Shown: positions 1 through 8,872 of the stretch, piece after piece
How the letters are laid out: the number at the start of each line of letters is the position of its first letter
Numbering within the stretch: the stretch's first letter is position 1
DNA from: Myxococcota bacterium
GTDB taxonomy: Bacteria; Myxococcota; XYA12-FULL-58-9; JALHOP01
Direction of reading: 5' to 3'
Assembly: GCA_041288095.1 (NCBI GenBank)
Contig: JBGGMJ010000045.1
Location: 1 to 24,904 of the forward strand
Length of the DNA: 24,904 bases
Notes under the pieces: model-generated
The model's database searches: none
What the model was told of the DNA's origin: nothing
The model's input: the letters and a program-made list of their open reading frames with translations, nothing else
Position numbers and translations under genes: made by a program

Positions 1-836
1 CGCGTGACGTTGCCGGCCGATCCGGTGTCGAGACACTGCCCGCTCGTCTCGCAGTGGACGTGGAGCGCGTCGCCGACGACATCGAAGTCGCTCCGCAGTA
101 GCGTACCGGTCGTGACGTCGGCCCTGGCCCGCCAGAAGAACGTTCGCGCGGACGGGACCTGGAGTCGCAGCGTCGGCTCCGGAATACCCCCCGCCAAGGT
201 AGGCATCACGGTGAACGGGCTCCCCGGGATCGGCGCCAGAAAGGTAGGGTCGTAGGCGACCTCCACCGTGTAGGTCGTGGCGCCGGACCGTGCGGACCAT
301 TGCAAGTCGACCTCGGTCACACGCACCAAGCGCTCGTTGAGCGGCGGCAGGAGAGGCTCCGGCGGCGTCGCGTCGATGCTCGGCGGCACGCCCTGGAAGC
401 TCGCGGTGTCGTCCGGGGGAGCGATGACGTTGCCGGCTTCGTCGCGGATGTTCGCGGCGGTGAGTGTGTACGTGGTGCCACCCGCTTGCCGTTGCACGGC
501 GATCACCACGGTCTGACCCTCACCCCCGAGCGTCGCGCTGGTGAACGCGAGCGCTGGGGTGACCGTGTAGCTTGCGAGATCCTCCGCTTCCTCGGGCTCG
601 ACGCGCTCGCTGAACGAGAGCACCAAGGCCTGCGGACCGGCGACGCTGATGGAGACCAACGTCGGTGACGCGCGATCGATCTCGGCTTCGCGAATGCATC
701 GGTCGGCGCGGCAGACCATCGCCTCCGGACATTGAGCTTCCGTCGAGCAAAGAATCTCGGCGTCTTGCGGCACCGCGAGCGACACATTGCATGCCGTCAG
801 CAAGGCGCAGAGCAGGGCCGACACGCGCGTCTTCAT
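1..836 (-). CDS. Cys-rich surface lipoprotein with Ig-like/FN3-like domains; paralog of 833..3052 (3' end beyond window)
   Basis: Absent from the ORF track. Hand translation from ATG at 836 is open to the window edge: MKTRVSALLCALLTAC (lipobox-like) ...ILCSTEAQCPEAMVCRADRCI...LVLSFSERVEP...YTVEVAYDPTF...FFWRARA...GNVT. It is collinear with the upstream gene, and the start overlaps that gene's stop (ATGA, 833-836). Confidence 0.85.
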   Translation of the reverse strand, partial: MKTRVSALLCALLTACNVSLAVPQDAEILCSTEAQCPEAMVCRADRCIREAEIDRASPTLVSISVAGPQALVLSFSERVEPEEAEDLASYTVTPALAFTSATLGGEGQTVVIAVQRQAGGTTYTLTAANIRDEAGNVIAPPDDTASFQGVPPSIDATPPEPLLPPLNERLVRVTEVDLQWSARSGATTYTVEVAYDPTFLAPIPGSPFTVMPTLAGGIPEPTLRLQVPSARTFFWRARADVTTGTLLRSDFDVVGDALHVHCETSGQCLDTGSAGNVT

Positions 837-3052
837 GGGTCGAGCTCGTAGGGGCCGATGGAGTAGCAATCGACGCCGGCAGTGGGGCAGGTGCGCGGGA
901 CTTTCGCGAGGTCGTCCCTCACGGAACCGCATCCCCAGAAGTCGGATAGTCCGCAAGCGTTCAAGGCCGCGTTGAAGCCGCCAAGGCGGATGCTCGCCGC
1001 CGTACCAGCGGTGAGATGCACGTTGGTCGGGAAGTCGACGAAGCCGACCGCAGCGAGGCTCGCCGCCGTGACGTTGCCGCCGACGCTGGCGGACTCACCG
1101 GTTTGGGTCGTGTTTGCTTCGATGTTGACGTCCGCTATCGCGGTCCTATTCGTGGACCCTGAAGTGTTCACGTCGCGATACAGAGCGGTCGGGCATTCGA
1201 GCAGCAAGTTGTTGCGGAAGTCGGCGATCTTCAAGTCCGCCCAGTTTTCGTAGAGGCAGTAGCGATTGGTGCCCGGCCCGGTGAGCATGATGTTGTTGAC
1301 GTAGATCGAGCCGATGAGAGCGTCGGAGACCGCCTTCGCAGTGCCCACGCCGCCGCCGGCGTAGATGAGGTTGTTCGCAACCGCGAGGAAGATCGCCTGG
1401 GCCGTCGTGAGGACTGGATCGTAGGCCAATATTCCGTAGGTCTCCGTTGAGCCACTCAGCGTTTGACCCGTCATGAGGATGTTGTTTCGGATCATCGACG
1501 CACCCAGATACGGATTGCCGATGAATTCGAGAGCGGCGCTCGGCCCGTCGCCGACGCTCACGCGGTTGCGCTCGATCTCGACGAACCCGTCGCGAATCCG
1601 GATGCCACGGTGATCGACGCTCGCGCCCGAGCTCGCGACCGTGATCGCGTTGTCCGAGAACAACAGCGACGTGAAGTCGATGTCGACGCCGACCGGATCG
1701 TTGCAAGGCCCGGCGCCGCATGTCTCCACGACGATGGTGTTGTCGGTCACGACTCCTACCGAGGACGCGATGCGCATTCCCGACCCATTGCTCCCGGGAT
1801 ACGAGTGAATGGTGTTGCCGGTCACGAGCAGGTTGGTGACACCGCTCGCGTCGATACCCAGAGTGCCGCCGCTGATGTCGTTGCGATTGATGTGCAGGTT
1901 CAGGCCGCTGGCGATGACGAGCGCGGCCGAGCGGGCGCTGCGCAGCGTTAGGTCCTCGATGACGGTTTCCAGAGTGCTGCTGCCGAAGACGAAAAGCGCC
2001 GCGCCGTCGTCGTCCTCGATGATCGTCGGCGTCTGCCAGCGGGTCGCCTCGGTAAAGGACGCGTCGTAGCCGCCGTACAAGTCGAGCGTGCCGCTCAGGA
2101 CGTGTTCGCGATAGGCCTCGCCGTCGCCACGGCCGGCAATCCGGACCTCGTAAGCTCCCAGAGCCCGCGCCAATCGCACCGCGCCCACGATGGTCTGCAA
2201 GGGCGCGCTGACATTTCCGGGCAGCGGCTTGTTCCGGCTGTCGACGTCGCTGCAGGTCGTGCCCGCGGGGCAATAGATGTACACGGTGCTGTCGATGCGA
2301 TCGAAGGAGCCTTCGCCGTAGGCCCCGTCGCGCGTCGTGTTGGCGCGTACGCGCCAGTAATAGCGGACCGGCTGCGTGAAGATGTGCGTCAAGCTACTGT
2401 CGGGGTCCTCGACGATGATCGGAAACCCCGCGACCAGCTGCGTGAAGGCCGCGTCGTATGCCACCTCGACGGTGTAGTTGCGCGCGAGCGCCCGGCGCGT
2501 CCACACCAAGGTCACCTCCGGCGGCTTGATCGGTAGAGCGCCGCGCGGTGCCAAGACCCCGGGAGGCTCGCGGTCGGGAGCCGCCCCGAAGCCGTTGAAG
2601 GTCTGCGTCGATCCGTCCTCGATAGCGTTGTCCGCGAGGTCGACGACGCCGGTGGGCGTCACCGTGTATTGCTCACCGGGCTCCTGCAGCGACGTGGTGA
2701 GCCGCACCTGGCGAAGGCTCGACTCGACGAACGCCGCCTCGACGACGAGTGACGGGGTGATCGCGAAGCTGGCGGTGCTGACCGAGCCGGGATCGACCCG
2801 CTCGCTGAAATCGAGCACCAACACGGTGCTGTCGAGCGCGCTCGCCGCGAGCAGCACCGGTGGCTCCTCGTCGACGATCGTCGGGTCGATGCACCGGCCG
2901 ACGACCACTTCGCAGCGCCAGCCATCCGGGCAATCCGCGTCGCTCGCGCACAGGATATTGGTATCGAGTGGGAGCTCGAGAGTGGGCGAGCAAGCCAGTA
3001 ATAACACCGGAGTCAGGGCGACTTGCCAGAACGTCTCAAGGCCGCGCCCCAT
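833..3052 (-). CDS. Surface lipoprotein: Cys-rich N-terminus, Ig-like and FN3-like domains, C-terminal right-handed beta-helix
   Basis: 739 aa. Lipobox LLLAC; C-x5-C-x5-C-x6-C module; Ig-like segment LDFSERVDP...DLADN; YYWRVRA; GNVSAPLQTI motif typical of beta-helix entry; repeated I.RN.I / V.GN.I / I.NN rungs. Confidence 0.85.
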   Translation of the reverse strand: MGRGLETFWQVALTPVLLLACSPTLELPLDTNILCASDADCPDGWRCEVVVGRCIDPTIVDEEPPVLLAASALDSTVLVLDFSERVDPGSVSTASFAITPSLVVEAAFVESSLRQVRLTTSLQEPGEQYTVTPTGVVDLADNAIEDGSTQTFNGFGAAPDREPPGVLAPRGALPIKPPEVTLVWTRRALARNYTVEVAYDAAFTQLVAGFPIIVEDPDSSLTHIFTQPVRYYWRVRANTTRDGAYGEGSFDRIDSTVYIYCPAGTTCSDVDSRNKPLPGNVSAPLQTIVGAVRLARALGAYEVRIAGRGDGEAYREHVLSGTLDLYGGYDASFTEATRWQTPTIIEDDDGAALFVFGSSTLETVIEDLTLRSARSAALVIASGLNLHINRNDISGGTLGIDASGVTNLLVTGNTIHSYPGSNGSGMRIASSVGVVTDNTIVVETCGAGPCNDPVGVDIDFTSLLFSDNAITVASSGASVDHRGIRIRDGFVEIERNRVSVGDGPSAALEFIGNPYLGASMIRNNILMTGQTLSGSTETYGILAYDPVLTTAQAIFLAVANNLIYAGGGVGTAKAVSDALIGSIYVNNIMLTGPGTNRYCLYENWADLKIADFRNNLLLECPTALYRDVNTSGSTNRTAIADVNIEANTTQTGESASVGGNVTAASLAAVGFVDFPTNVHLTAGTAASIRLGGFNAALNACGLSDFWGCGSVRDDLAKVPRTCPTAGVDCYSIGPYELDP

Positions 3053-3090
3053 CTGACATCTTCTATAGCCGATACGGCACTCGACGGCAG

Positions 3091-3117
3091 GCGACTTCCA
3101 CCGGAGTGAGCCGATAA
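3091..3117 (+). promoter_or_regulatory. Sigma-28 (FliA/WhiG)-like promoter candidate
   Basis: GCGACTTC-N11-GCCGATAA, ending 9 nt before ATG 3127. The -10 box is identical to the sigma-28 consensus GCCGATAA; the -35 box is non-canonical. Confidence 0.5.
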
Positions 3118-3126
3118 CGCCGCGCT

Positions 3127-4518
3127 ATGCTCCAAGCCATCCGTCAGCGCCTCCTCGGTAGCACCGCGGCCAGCCCCGCAACGACGCCTTCTCAGGTCAT
3201 CGGGCCGGTGCCCCAACGCGGCGCGGCGTCACCAAGGGACTCCTTCGGACCCATCTTTGGTGGGCGCCTCGACCGCACCATCGAAGGGCGTCGCGCCGCT
3301 GCCCAGGATTTCGGCCACGGTATCGACCGCCTCCCATTCGCCGTCCTCGTGCCGAAAGACGCTCACGACATCCGCCGAGCCGTGATCCTCGCCGCGGCGC
3401 ATCATTTTCCCATCGCGGTGCGCGGTCAGGGACACTCGGCTTACGGCCAGACGCAGGCCGCGAACGGCATCGTCATCGACACGAAAAACATGCAGAGTCT
3501 GCGCTGGGCGGGCCCCGAGTGCATCGACGCCGGCCCGGGAGCCAATTGGCTCGACGTCGCGAAGTTCGCGCTAGCCCGTGGGCTTACGCCGCCGGTGATG
3601 CCGGACACCTCCATTTGTCTCACCGTCGGCGGCACCTTGTCGGTCGGCGGCTGGGGTGAGACCACACACCGCTTTGGCGGACAGGTCGATCACGTCGTCG
3701 AGCTCGAGGTCGTGACGGGCACCGGAGCGCGCGTCGTCTGCTCCCGGGAACGGCACCGCCAGCTCTTCGAGGCGATGCTCGCCGGCATGGGCCAGTGCGG
3801 CATCATCGTGCGTGCGCGCTTGGCCATGGTGAAGGCCCCGGCGACGGCGACCCAGCAGGTCGTGCAGTGCAAGGACGCCGCGGACTTCGTCGCGACCATG
3901 CGGGCGCGGGCCGGCGAGCCTGACAACGCTATCGTTGGTACGCTAACGCGGACGCCAAGTGGCTTCGTGCCGTCCGTGACCACGAACCGCTTCGACGTGG
4001 AGCGTCCGGCAGAACCGACGCGGCCTTTCTGGGATTACGTGGACCGCAACACCAAGGGCTTCCTCGATTCGGTGAAGAGCGGCGACATCCACAGACCGCA
4101 TCCGTACATCTCGTTTTTCATCCCCGAGCGCGTGGCGGTCGGCATGGTCGAGCGCCTGCTCCGCGAGCCCGAGCTGACCTTCGGGGCCGATCGTGTCGTC
4201 GCCTTCCCCTACGTGCGTGAGAGCTTCCACGCTCCGATGTTTGCCCTCCCGAATGCCGAGAGCGGCTTCCACGTGCGCGTCTACAAGAAGCCGGTGTTGG
4301 GCGATGTCGCGGGCCAGAAGCGCATGCTCGCGACCAATGACGTGTTCATGAAGGACATCCTGGCCGCCGGCGGCACCGTCTATCTGCCGCACGCGCCGAT
4401 TCCGACGTCCGAGCAGCTCGAGCAGCACTATGGGCCGGAGCGGTTGGCGGCCTTTCGGGCCGCAAAGCGCCTCTATGACCCCACGGGGATCCTCGCGCCT
4501 CACGCACTGCCGCTCTGA
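3127..4518 (+). CDS. FAD-binding oxidoreductase, cytokinin dehydrogenase-like (VAO/PCMH family), with ~40 aa low-complexity N-terminal extension
   Basis: AAQDFG; RGQGHSAYGQ (GHS covalent-FAD His motif); LTVGGTLSVGG; VVELEVVTGTG..VVCS; LAGMGQCGIIVRARL; PHPY; C-terminal KRLYDPTGILAP. All parallel cytokinin dehydrogenase motifs. Confidence 0.85.
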   Translation: MLQAIRQRLLGSTAASPATTPSQVIGPVPQRGAASPRDSFGPIFGGRLDRTIEGRRAAAQDFGHGIDRLPFAVLVPKDAHDIRRAVILAAAHHFPIAVRGQGHSAYGQTQAANGIVIDTKNMQSLRWAGPECIDAGPGANWLDVAKFALARGLTPPVMPDTSICLTVGGTLSVGGWGETTHRFGGQVDHVVELEVVTGTGARVVCSRERHRQLFEAMLAGMGQCGIIVRARLAMVKAPATATQQVVQCKDAADFVATMRARAGEPDNAIVGTLTRTPSGFVPSVTTNRFDVERPAEPTRPFWDYVDRNTKGFLDSVKSGDIHRPHPYISFFIPERVAVGMVERLLREPELTFGADRVVAFPYVRESFHAPMFALPNAESGFHVRVYKKPVLGDVAGQKRMLATNDVFMKDILAAGGTVYLPHAPIPTSEQLEQHYGPERLAAFRAAKRLYDPTGILAPHALPL

Positions 4519-4530
4519 CACCGTGCGCGC

Positions 4531-4557
4531 GCAACTTTGGGGCCTGACCCGCGACAA
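4531..4557 (+). promoter_or_regulatory. Sigma-28-like promoter candidate
   Basis: GCAACTTT-N11-CGCGACAA in the intergenic gap; same spacing and similar boxes as 3091..3117. Confidence 0.35.
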
Positions 4558-4592
4558 TCTCACCAGAACCAAATTGGCAGAGGTTTAGGCGC

Positions 4593-4973
4593 GTGGGCTT
4601 CGACATCGGCACCAATATTACGCCTGTCTCCGGAGGCACCCCTCCGTCGAGCACCAAAGGCAGGGCGCTCCAGATCTTCAATCCATCGACGCGGCAGCTC
4701 GCCCTGCACGTCGACTCGTTTCGCAAGGCAGGCGGCGGCGTCCTGGCGACGACCGGCGCGCGGCTTGCCACGGGCTTCTTCACGGTCGGCGGCGCTGCCC
4801 TCACGGCCGGCGGTCTCGCGGCCCTCGGAGCTAGCCCGACGGCGGTCGGTGTCACCATCGCGTTGTTCGCGGCGAACTACATCACCAAGCTCGTCTCGAA
4901 ACCGCTGGTCGCCCTCGGTGCCATGATCGCGGGTGAGCGTCCGGGTGAGGTCGTCAAGCAGGTCTTCAGCTAA
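4593..4973 (+). CDS. Hypothetical small membrane protein with Gly/Ala-rich hydrophobic hairpin
   Basis: 126 aa from GTG, filling the gap between real genes, with GC-rich third positions. Thr/Ser/Pro-rich N-terminus followed by hydrophobic GFFTVGGAALTAGGLAALGASPTAVGVTIALFAA. Confidence 0.7.
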   Translation: MGFDIGTNITPVSGGTPPSSTKGRALQIFNPSTRQLALHVDSFRKAGGGVLATTGARLATGFFTVGGAALTAGGLAALGASPTAVGVTIALFAANYITKLVSKPLVALGAMIAGERPGEVVKQVFS

Positions 4974-6169
4974 GTCCGCTTCAGCGTACGGGCGAGGACT
5001 TTGGCGAAGTTGCCGCGCCGACCCGCGATGACGCGTGTCAGGCCGAGCCAATCGGCAAGCAGTCGGAGCTCGGCCGCTAGGGCGTCGGCTGCGTGCTCTT
5101 GCGCGTGATCTTCGGCGTGCACCGCGATGACCCGCAAGCAATCGCTCTTGCGATCGGTCTTCAGGTCGACGCGCGCGACCAAGCGATCACCAAACAAGAA
5201 CGGCAGCACGTAGTAGCCATGTTTGCGCCGCGGTGCCGGCGTGTAGATCTCGAGACGGTAGTGGAAGCCGAAGAGGTCGTTGGTGCGCCGGCGCTGCCAA
5301 ACCAAGGGGTCGAAGGGCGCAAGCAGCGCGCGGTAATCGCGTTGCTTCGGGAGCCGCGCGTCCCGCGGCGCATAATACGTATCCTTCAGTCCTTCGATGC
5401 GAAGTGGCACGAGCTCGCCTGCTTCGACGAGCTGCTCGATGCACGGCGTCGTGTCCGCGATGGCGGTGCGGAAGTAATCACGGATGTCACGACGATTGGC
5501 GATGCCGAGCGCCTTGACCGCCCGGCGGGTGAGCTCTGTGTGCGCGTCATGCTCGGTAGGCGTAGGCAGCGCCAGAACCTCCGCGGGCAGCACGCGCTCG
5601 GGCACGTCGTAGACCCGCTCGAAGGAGCGTCGCGTCGCCGTGGTGATCTTCCCGGACCAGAATAGCCACTCGAGCCCGCGCTTGGCGTTGCTCCAGCCCC
5701 AGAACCAACTCTTGCCGGTGCGCTTCTCGAAGTCGCTCGCGACCTTTGGGCCTTCGTCGCGGATCCGTTGCAGCATGTCGGCGATGAGCGGCGCGTGCTC
5801 CCTGCCGAAGGTTTGCAGGACCTTCCACATGCCGACACCACGCTCGGCGCGGTGCATGCGCCAGCGCAGGAATGGATGCATGGCGAACGGCACCAGCGAG
5901 GCCTCGTGCGCCCAATACTCGAAGAGCGAGCGCTTCTTGCCCCAAGCCGCGTCGTCGAGCAGCTCACGGTCGTACGAGCCGAGCCGCGAGAAGAGCGGCA
6001 GGTAGTGCGCGCGCACCAGGACGCTCACCGAATCGATCTGGAACAGCTGCGTCGCCGCGAGCACGCGCGCGAGCGCTGTCGCGTTGACCTTCTTGCCGGT
6101 GCGCTCGAAGCCCGTTGCCGCGAGCGCGAGGGCCCGCGCTTCGCCGAGCGACAGACTCTCTGTTTTCAA
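4970..6169 (-). CDS. ycaQ: YcaQ-family (HTH_42/AlkZ superfamily) interstrand-crosslink DNA glycosylase
   Basis: QID catalytic motif in LFQIDSVSVLVRAHYLPLFSRLGSYD; EYWAHEASL; LLAPFDPLVW; LFGFHYRLEIYTP..RKHGYYVLPFL. Start reassigned to TTG 6169 (TTGA overlap with the upstream stop), giving 399 aa. Confidence 0.9.
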   Translation of the reverse strand: MKTESLSLGEARALALAATGFERTGKKVNATALARVLAATQLFQIDSVSVLVRAHYLPLFSRLGSYDRELLDDAAWGKKRSLFEYWAHEASLVPFAMHPFLRWRMHRAERGVGMWKVLQTFGREHAPLIADMLQRIRDEGPKVASDFEKRTGKSWFWGWSNAKRGLEWLFWSGKITTATRRSFERVYDVPERVLPAEVLALPTPTEHDAHTELTRRAVKALGIANRRDIRDYFRTAIADTTPCIEQLVEAGELVPLRIEGLKDTYYAPRDARLPKQRDYRALLAPFDPLVWQRRRTNDLFGFHYRLEIYTPAPRRKHGYYVLPFLFGDRLVARVDLKTDRKSDCLRVIAVHAEDHAQEHAADALAAELRLLADWLGLTRVIAGRRGNFAKVLARTLKRT

Positions 6170-6630
6170 TACAAGCCGTCGGGAAGCTGCTTCGCGAGGT
6201 AATTTTTGACGTCGGGAGTGGGTCCGAGCATCGTCTCGATCCAAGCGGCGCGCTCGTGAGCCATGATCATCAACTCCCAGACGCACGCGATGTACGGCTC
6301 GCTGCAGCGCTCGAAGGTGTTCTCGCTGGTGAAGAGCGAGGTGATGCCGGCGACCATGTTGGCCTGGGTCCACCAATGCTGCAGGTGCCAGAGCTCGTCG
6401 GTCGCCTGATGGAGGATGAGGTAGCCGGTAGCGTCGTGCTCCCCGAGCATCTCCGCGAGCTCGAGCTGCACGCCGGCATGGATACGCGCGGCTTCGAGGC
6501 GTTGCGCGGTGAACATGCGGGCAGCGCGCGGATCGTGGTGCACGCCATAGGCCTTGAAGGTCCAGTTGCGGATGCGCCAAAGCCCGAGCGAGGCGATGCT
6601 GCGTGGGCGGTAGAGGCGATCGAGGTCCAT
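6166..6630 (-). CDS. Conserved-looking hypothetical protein
   Basis: 154 aa from ATG 6630, 2 nt after the pfp stop. Globular composition with motifs GYLILH, HWW and ACVWELMIMAHERAAWI. Coupled to genes on both sides. Confidence 0.75.
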   Translation of the reverse strand: MDLDRLYRPRSIASLGLWRIRNWTFKAYGVHHDPRAARMFTAQRLEAARIHAGVQLELAEMLGEHDATGYLILHQATDELWHLQHWWTQANMVAGITSLFTSENTFERCSEPYIACVWELMIMAHERAAWIETMLGPTPDVKNYLAKQLPDGLY

Positions 6631-6632
6631 GC

Positions 6633-7826
6633 TCACTTCACGAGCGGCAGCTGATCGGTAACCGGCAGGTCGCCGACGATGGGCTTCAAGTACGCGATGC
6701 ACGCCGGCGTCACGTCGTTGTCGCCCTCGAGCATCTCGGCCGGCATCGTCCGCGTCTTGGCCGCTACAGCGGACAGCTCGATGCGCTCGTAAGCGACCTT
6801 GTAAGGCGAGTCGCTCACCCGCTTGATGGCGATGCTGCCGTTCTTCTCGCCTTTCAACGCGAGCTCGACGGCCTTGCGCGCCGACTCGCGCGCTTCGCGG
6901 GCATCGACCTCGCTCACCACGCCGGGAAACGAGCGCTGCATATAGCCGAGGGTATCGGCGCGGACACGGAGCTTGGCGCCGAGCTTTGCCTTGAGAGCGG
7001 CCGCGAGGTGATCACCCAGGGCACCGGTGCCCGCGAGCTGGACGTTGCCGTGATCGTCCTTGTCGAGGTTCTTGGCGAGCTTGGTGATGATGGGGGCGCC
7101 GGTGGAGTCGTGAACGCCTTCACTCACCGCGATGATGCAGCGGCCGAGGCGCTTGTAGACGCCGTCGACGTCGTCGATGAACTTGTCGATGTCGAAGGCT
7201 TTCTCGGGCACGTAGACGAGGTGTGGACCGTCGTCGGGGAACTGACGCGCTAGCGCGCTCGCGGCGGTGAGGAAGCCCGCGTGTCGGCCCATGACCACGT
7301 TGATCTTGATGCCGGGGAGCGAACGGTTGTCGAGGTTGTCACCAAGGAAAGCACAGGCGACGAACCTCGCGGCCGAGCCGAAGCCCGGCGTGTGATCGTT
7401 CTCCATCAAGTCGTTGTCGATGGTCTTCGGCACGTGGAAGGCGCGCAGGTCGTAACCTTGCGCCGCCGCCATTTCGCTGACGATGCGGGTGGTGTCGCTC
7501 GAGTCGTTGCCGCCGATGTAAAAGAAGTAGCGGATGTCGCGCTCGGCGAGCGCTTTCATGATCTTCTTGCAGTACTCGACGTCGGGTTTGTCGCGCGAGC
7601 TGCCGAGGGCGCTCGACGGGGTCCGGGCGAGGCGCTCGAGCTTCGCCTGGTCGAGCCCGTTGAGCTCGAGCAGCTTACCTTCGACCATGCCACGCACGCC
7701 GTACATGGCGCCGTAAATGGTGCCGACGTCTTTGCCGGCCTTGAGGCCCTCGATGACGCCGACCAGGGACTGATTGATGACCGCAGTCGGTCCACCCGAC
7801 TGCCCGACGATCGCATTGGCTGCCAT
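6633..7826 (-). CDS. pfp: Phosphofructokinase, probably PPi-dependent (pyrophosphate--fructose-6-phosphate 1-phosphotransferase)
   Basis: GQSGGPTAVIN, YIGGNDS, VPKTIDNDL, VMGRHAGFL. Asp in GGND and Lys in PKTIDND (Gly at both positions in ATP-PFK) are the PPi-type signature. Confidence 0.88.
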   Translation of the reverse strand: MAANAIVGQSGGPTAVINQSLVGVIEGLKAGKDVGTIYGAMYGVRGMVEGKLLELNGLDQAKLERLARTPSSALGSSRDKPDVEYCKKIMKALAERDIRYFFYIGGNDSSDTTRIVSEMAAAQGYDLRAFHVPKTIDNDLMENDHTPGFGSAARFVACAFLGDNLDNRSLPGIKINVVMGRHAGFLTAASALARQFPDDGPHLVYVPEKAFDIDKFIDDVDGVYKRLGRCIIAVSEGVHDSTGAPIITKLAKNLDKDDHGNVQLAGTGALGDHLAAALKAKLGAKLRVRADTLGYMQRSFPGVVSEVDAREARESARKAVELALKGEKNGSIAIKRVSDSPYKVAYERIELSAVAAKTRTMPAEMLEGDNDVTPACIAYLKPIVGDLPVTDQLPLVK

Positions 7827-7900
7827 TTGAGCCCAGGTTTGTGGCGGGTTCGTCGCCGACTGTCAAACGGTTGCCAAGGCCGCCCGTATCGTGCGCCATC

Positions 7901-8872
7901 ATGAGGACAATGAGCGAGCTACAACAGTTCTTTTCGCTGACGCCCGACCGCGTGCTCGCCGCCGTCGAGGAAGGTGGGAGCGCCACGACCGGCATGTGTT
8001 ACGCGCTCAATAGCCTCGAGAACCGGGTCTACGAGGTCGAACTCGAGGATCGCTCGCGGGTCGTCGTCAAATTCTACCGGCCGGGCCGCTGGTCGCGCGA
8101 GACCATTCTCGACGAGCACCGCGCGCTGGCTGCTTTAGCGGACAATGAGATCACGGTCGTCGCGCCGACGCCTTTTGCCGACGGCGAGACGTTGCACACA
8201 CTCGACGAAGGCATTCACTTCACCCTCTTCCCGAGACGCGGCGGTCGCGCCCCCGACGACCTCACCCTCGACGACTTCGAGCAGATGGGCCGTCTCATCG
8301 CGCGCATTCACAACGTGACCAGCTCGCTTGGATTGAAGGCTCGGCCAGAGCTCTCGCCCGAGACCTACGGCACCCGGGCGCTCGCCACCATCCTCGAGAA
8401 GGCGACACTCTCACCGGGCGTGCGTGGTCGCTATAGCGATGCGGTTACGCGGCTGGTGCAGGTGGCGACCCCACGTTTCGCCGAGGCGCGCCGGCTCCCC
8501 ATTCACGCCGACTTCCACCGCGGCAATGTCCTGCGAACGCCGCAGGGCTGGTTGGTCCTCGACTTCGACGACATGGCGCATGGCCCCGCGGTGCAGGACT
8601 TCTGGCTCATTCTGCCGGGGCGCGCGCGCGACGTGCCGCAGGAGCTCGACGCGCTCGTCAAAGGCTACGAGCAGTTCCGCGAGCTCGACCGCACCGAGCT
8701 GTCCTTGATCGAGGTGCTGCGGGCTCTACGCTACGTGCGCTACGCCGCGTGGATCGCCCAGCGCTGGGACGACCCCGCATTCAAGCGCGCCTTCCCCGAT
8801 TGGGGAACGGATCGGTACTGGGAGGCTCAGCTGGCCGACATCAACGAACAGCTGGCGCTGGTCGACGCTTAG
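7901..8872 (+). CDS. srkA: Stress response Ser/Thr kinase SrkA/RdoA (YihE), APH-like fold
   Basis: ALNSLENRVY, KFYRPGRWS...I.DEH, HADFHRGN, LDFDD, GPAVQDFW, WIAQRWDDPAF. Start at ATG 7901 or 7910. Confidence 0.9.
   Translation: MRTMSELQQFFSLTPDRVLAAVEEGGSATTGMCYALNSLENRVYEVELEDRSRVVVKFYRPGRWSRETILDEHRALAALADNEITVVAPTPFADGETLHTLDEGIHFTLFPRRGGRAPDDLTLDDFEQMGRLIARIHNVTSSLGLKARPELSPETYGTRALATILEKATLSPGVRGRYSDAVTRLVQVATPRFAEARRLPIHADFHRGNVLRTPQGWLVLDFDDMAHGPAVQDFWLILPGRARDVPQELDALVKGYEQFRELDRTELSLIEVLRALRYVRYAAWIAQRWDDPAFKRAFPDWGTDRYWEAQLADINEQLALVDA

Noticed and set aside
3068-3075. Second GCCGATAC in the 3053-3126 intergenic region
   Set aside because: No GCRAC box at the matching distance, so it is not counted as a separate promoter.
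6170-6580. N-terminal 137 codons of the 536-aa ORF 4970..6580
   Set aside because: Arg-rich shadow translation overlapping the real 6166..6630 gene in another frame; YcaQ similarity starts at TTG 6169.
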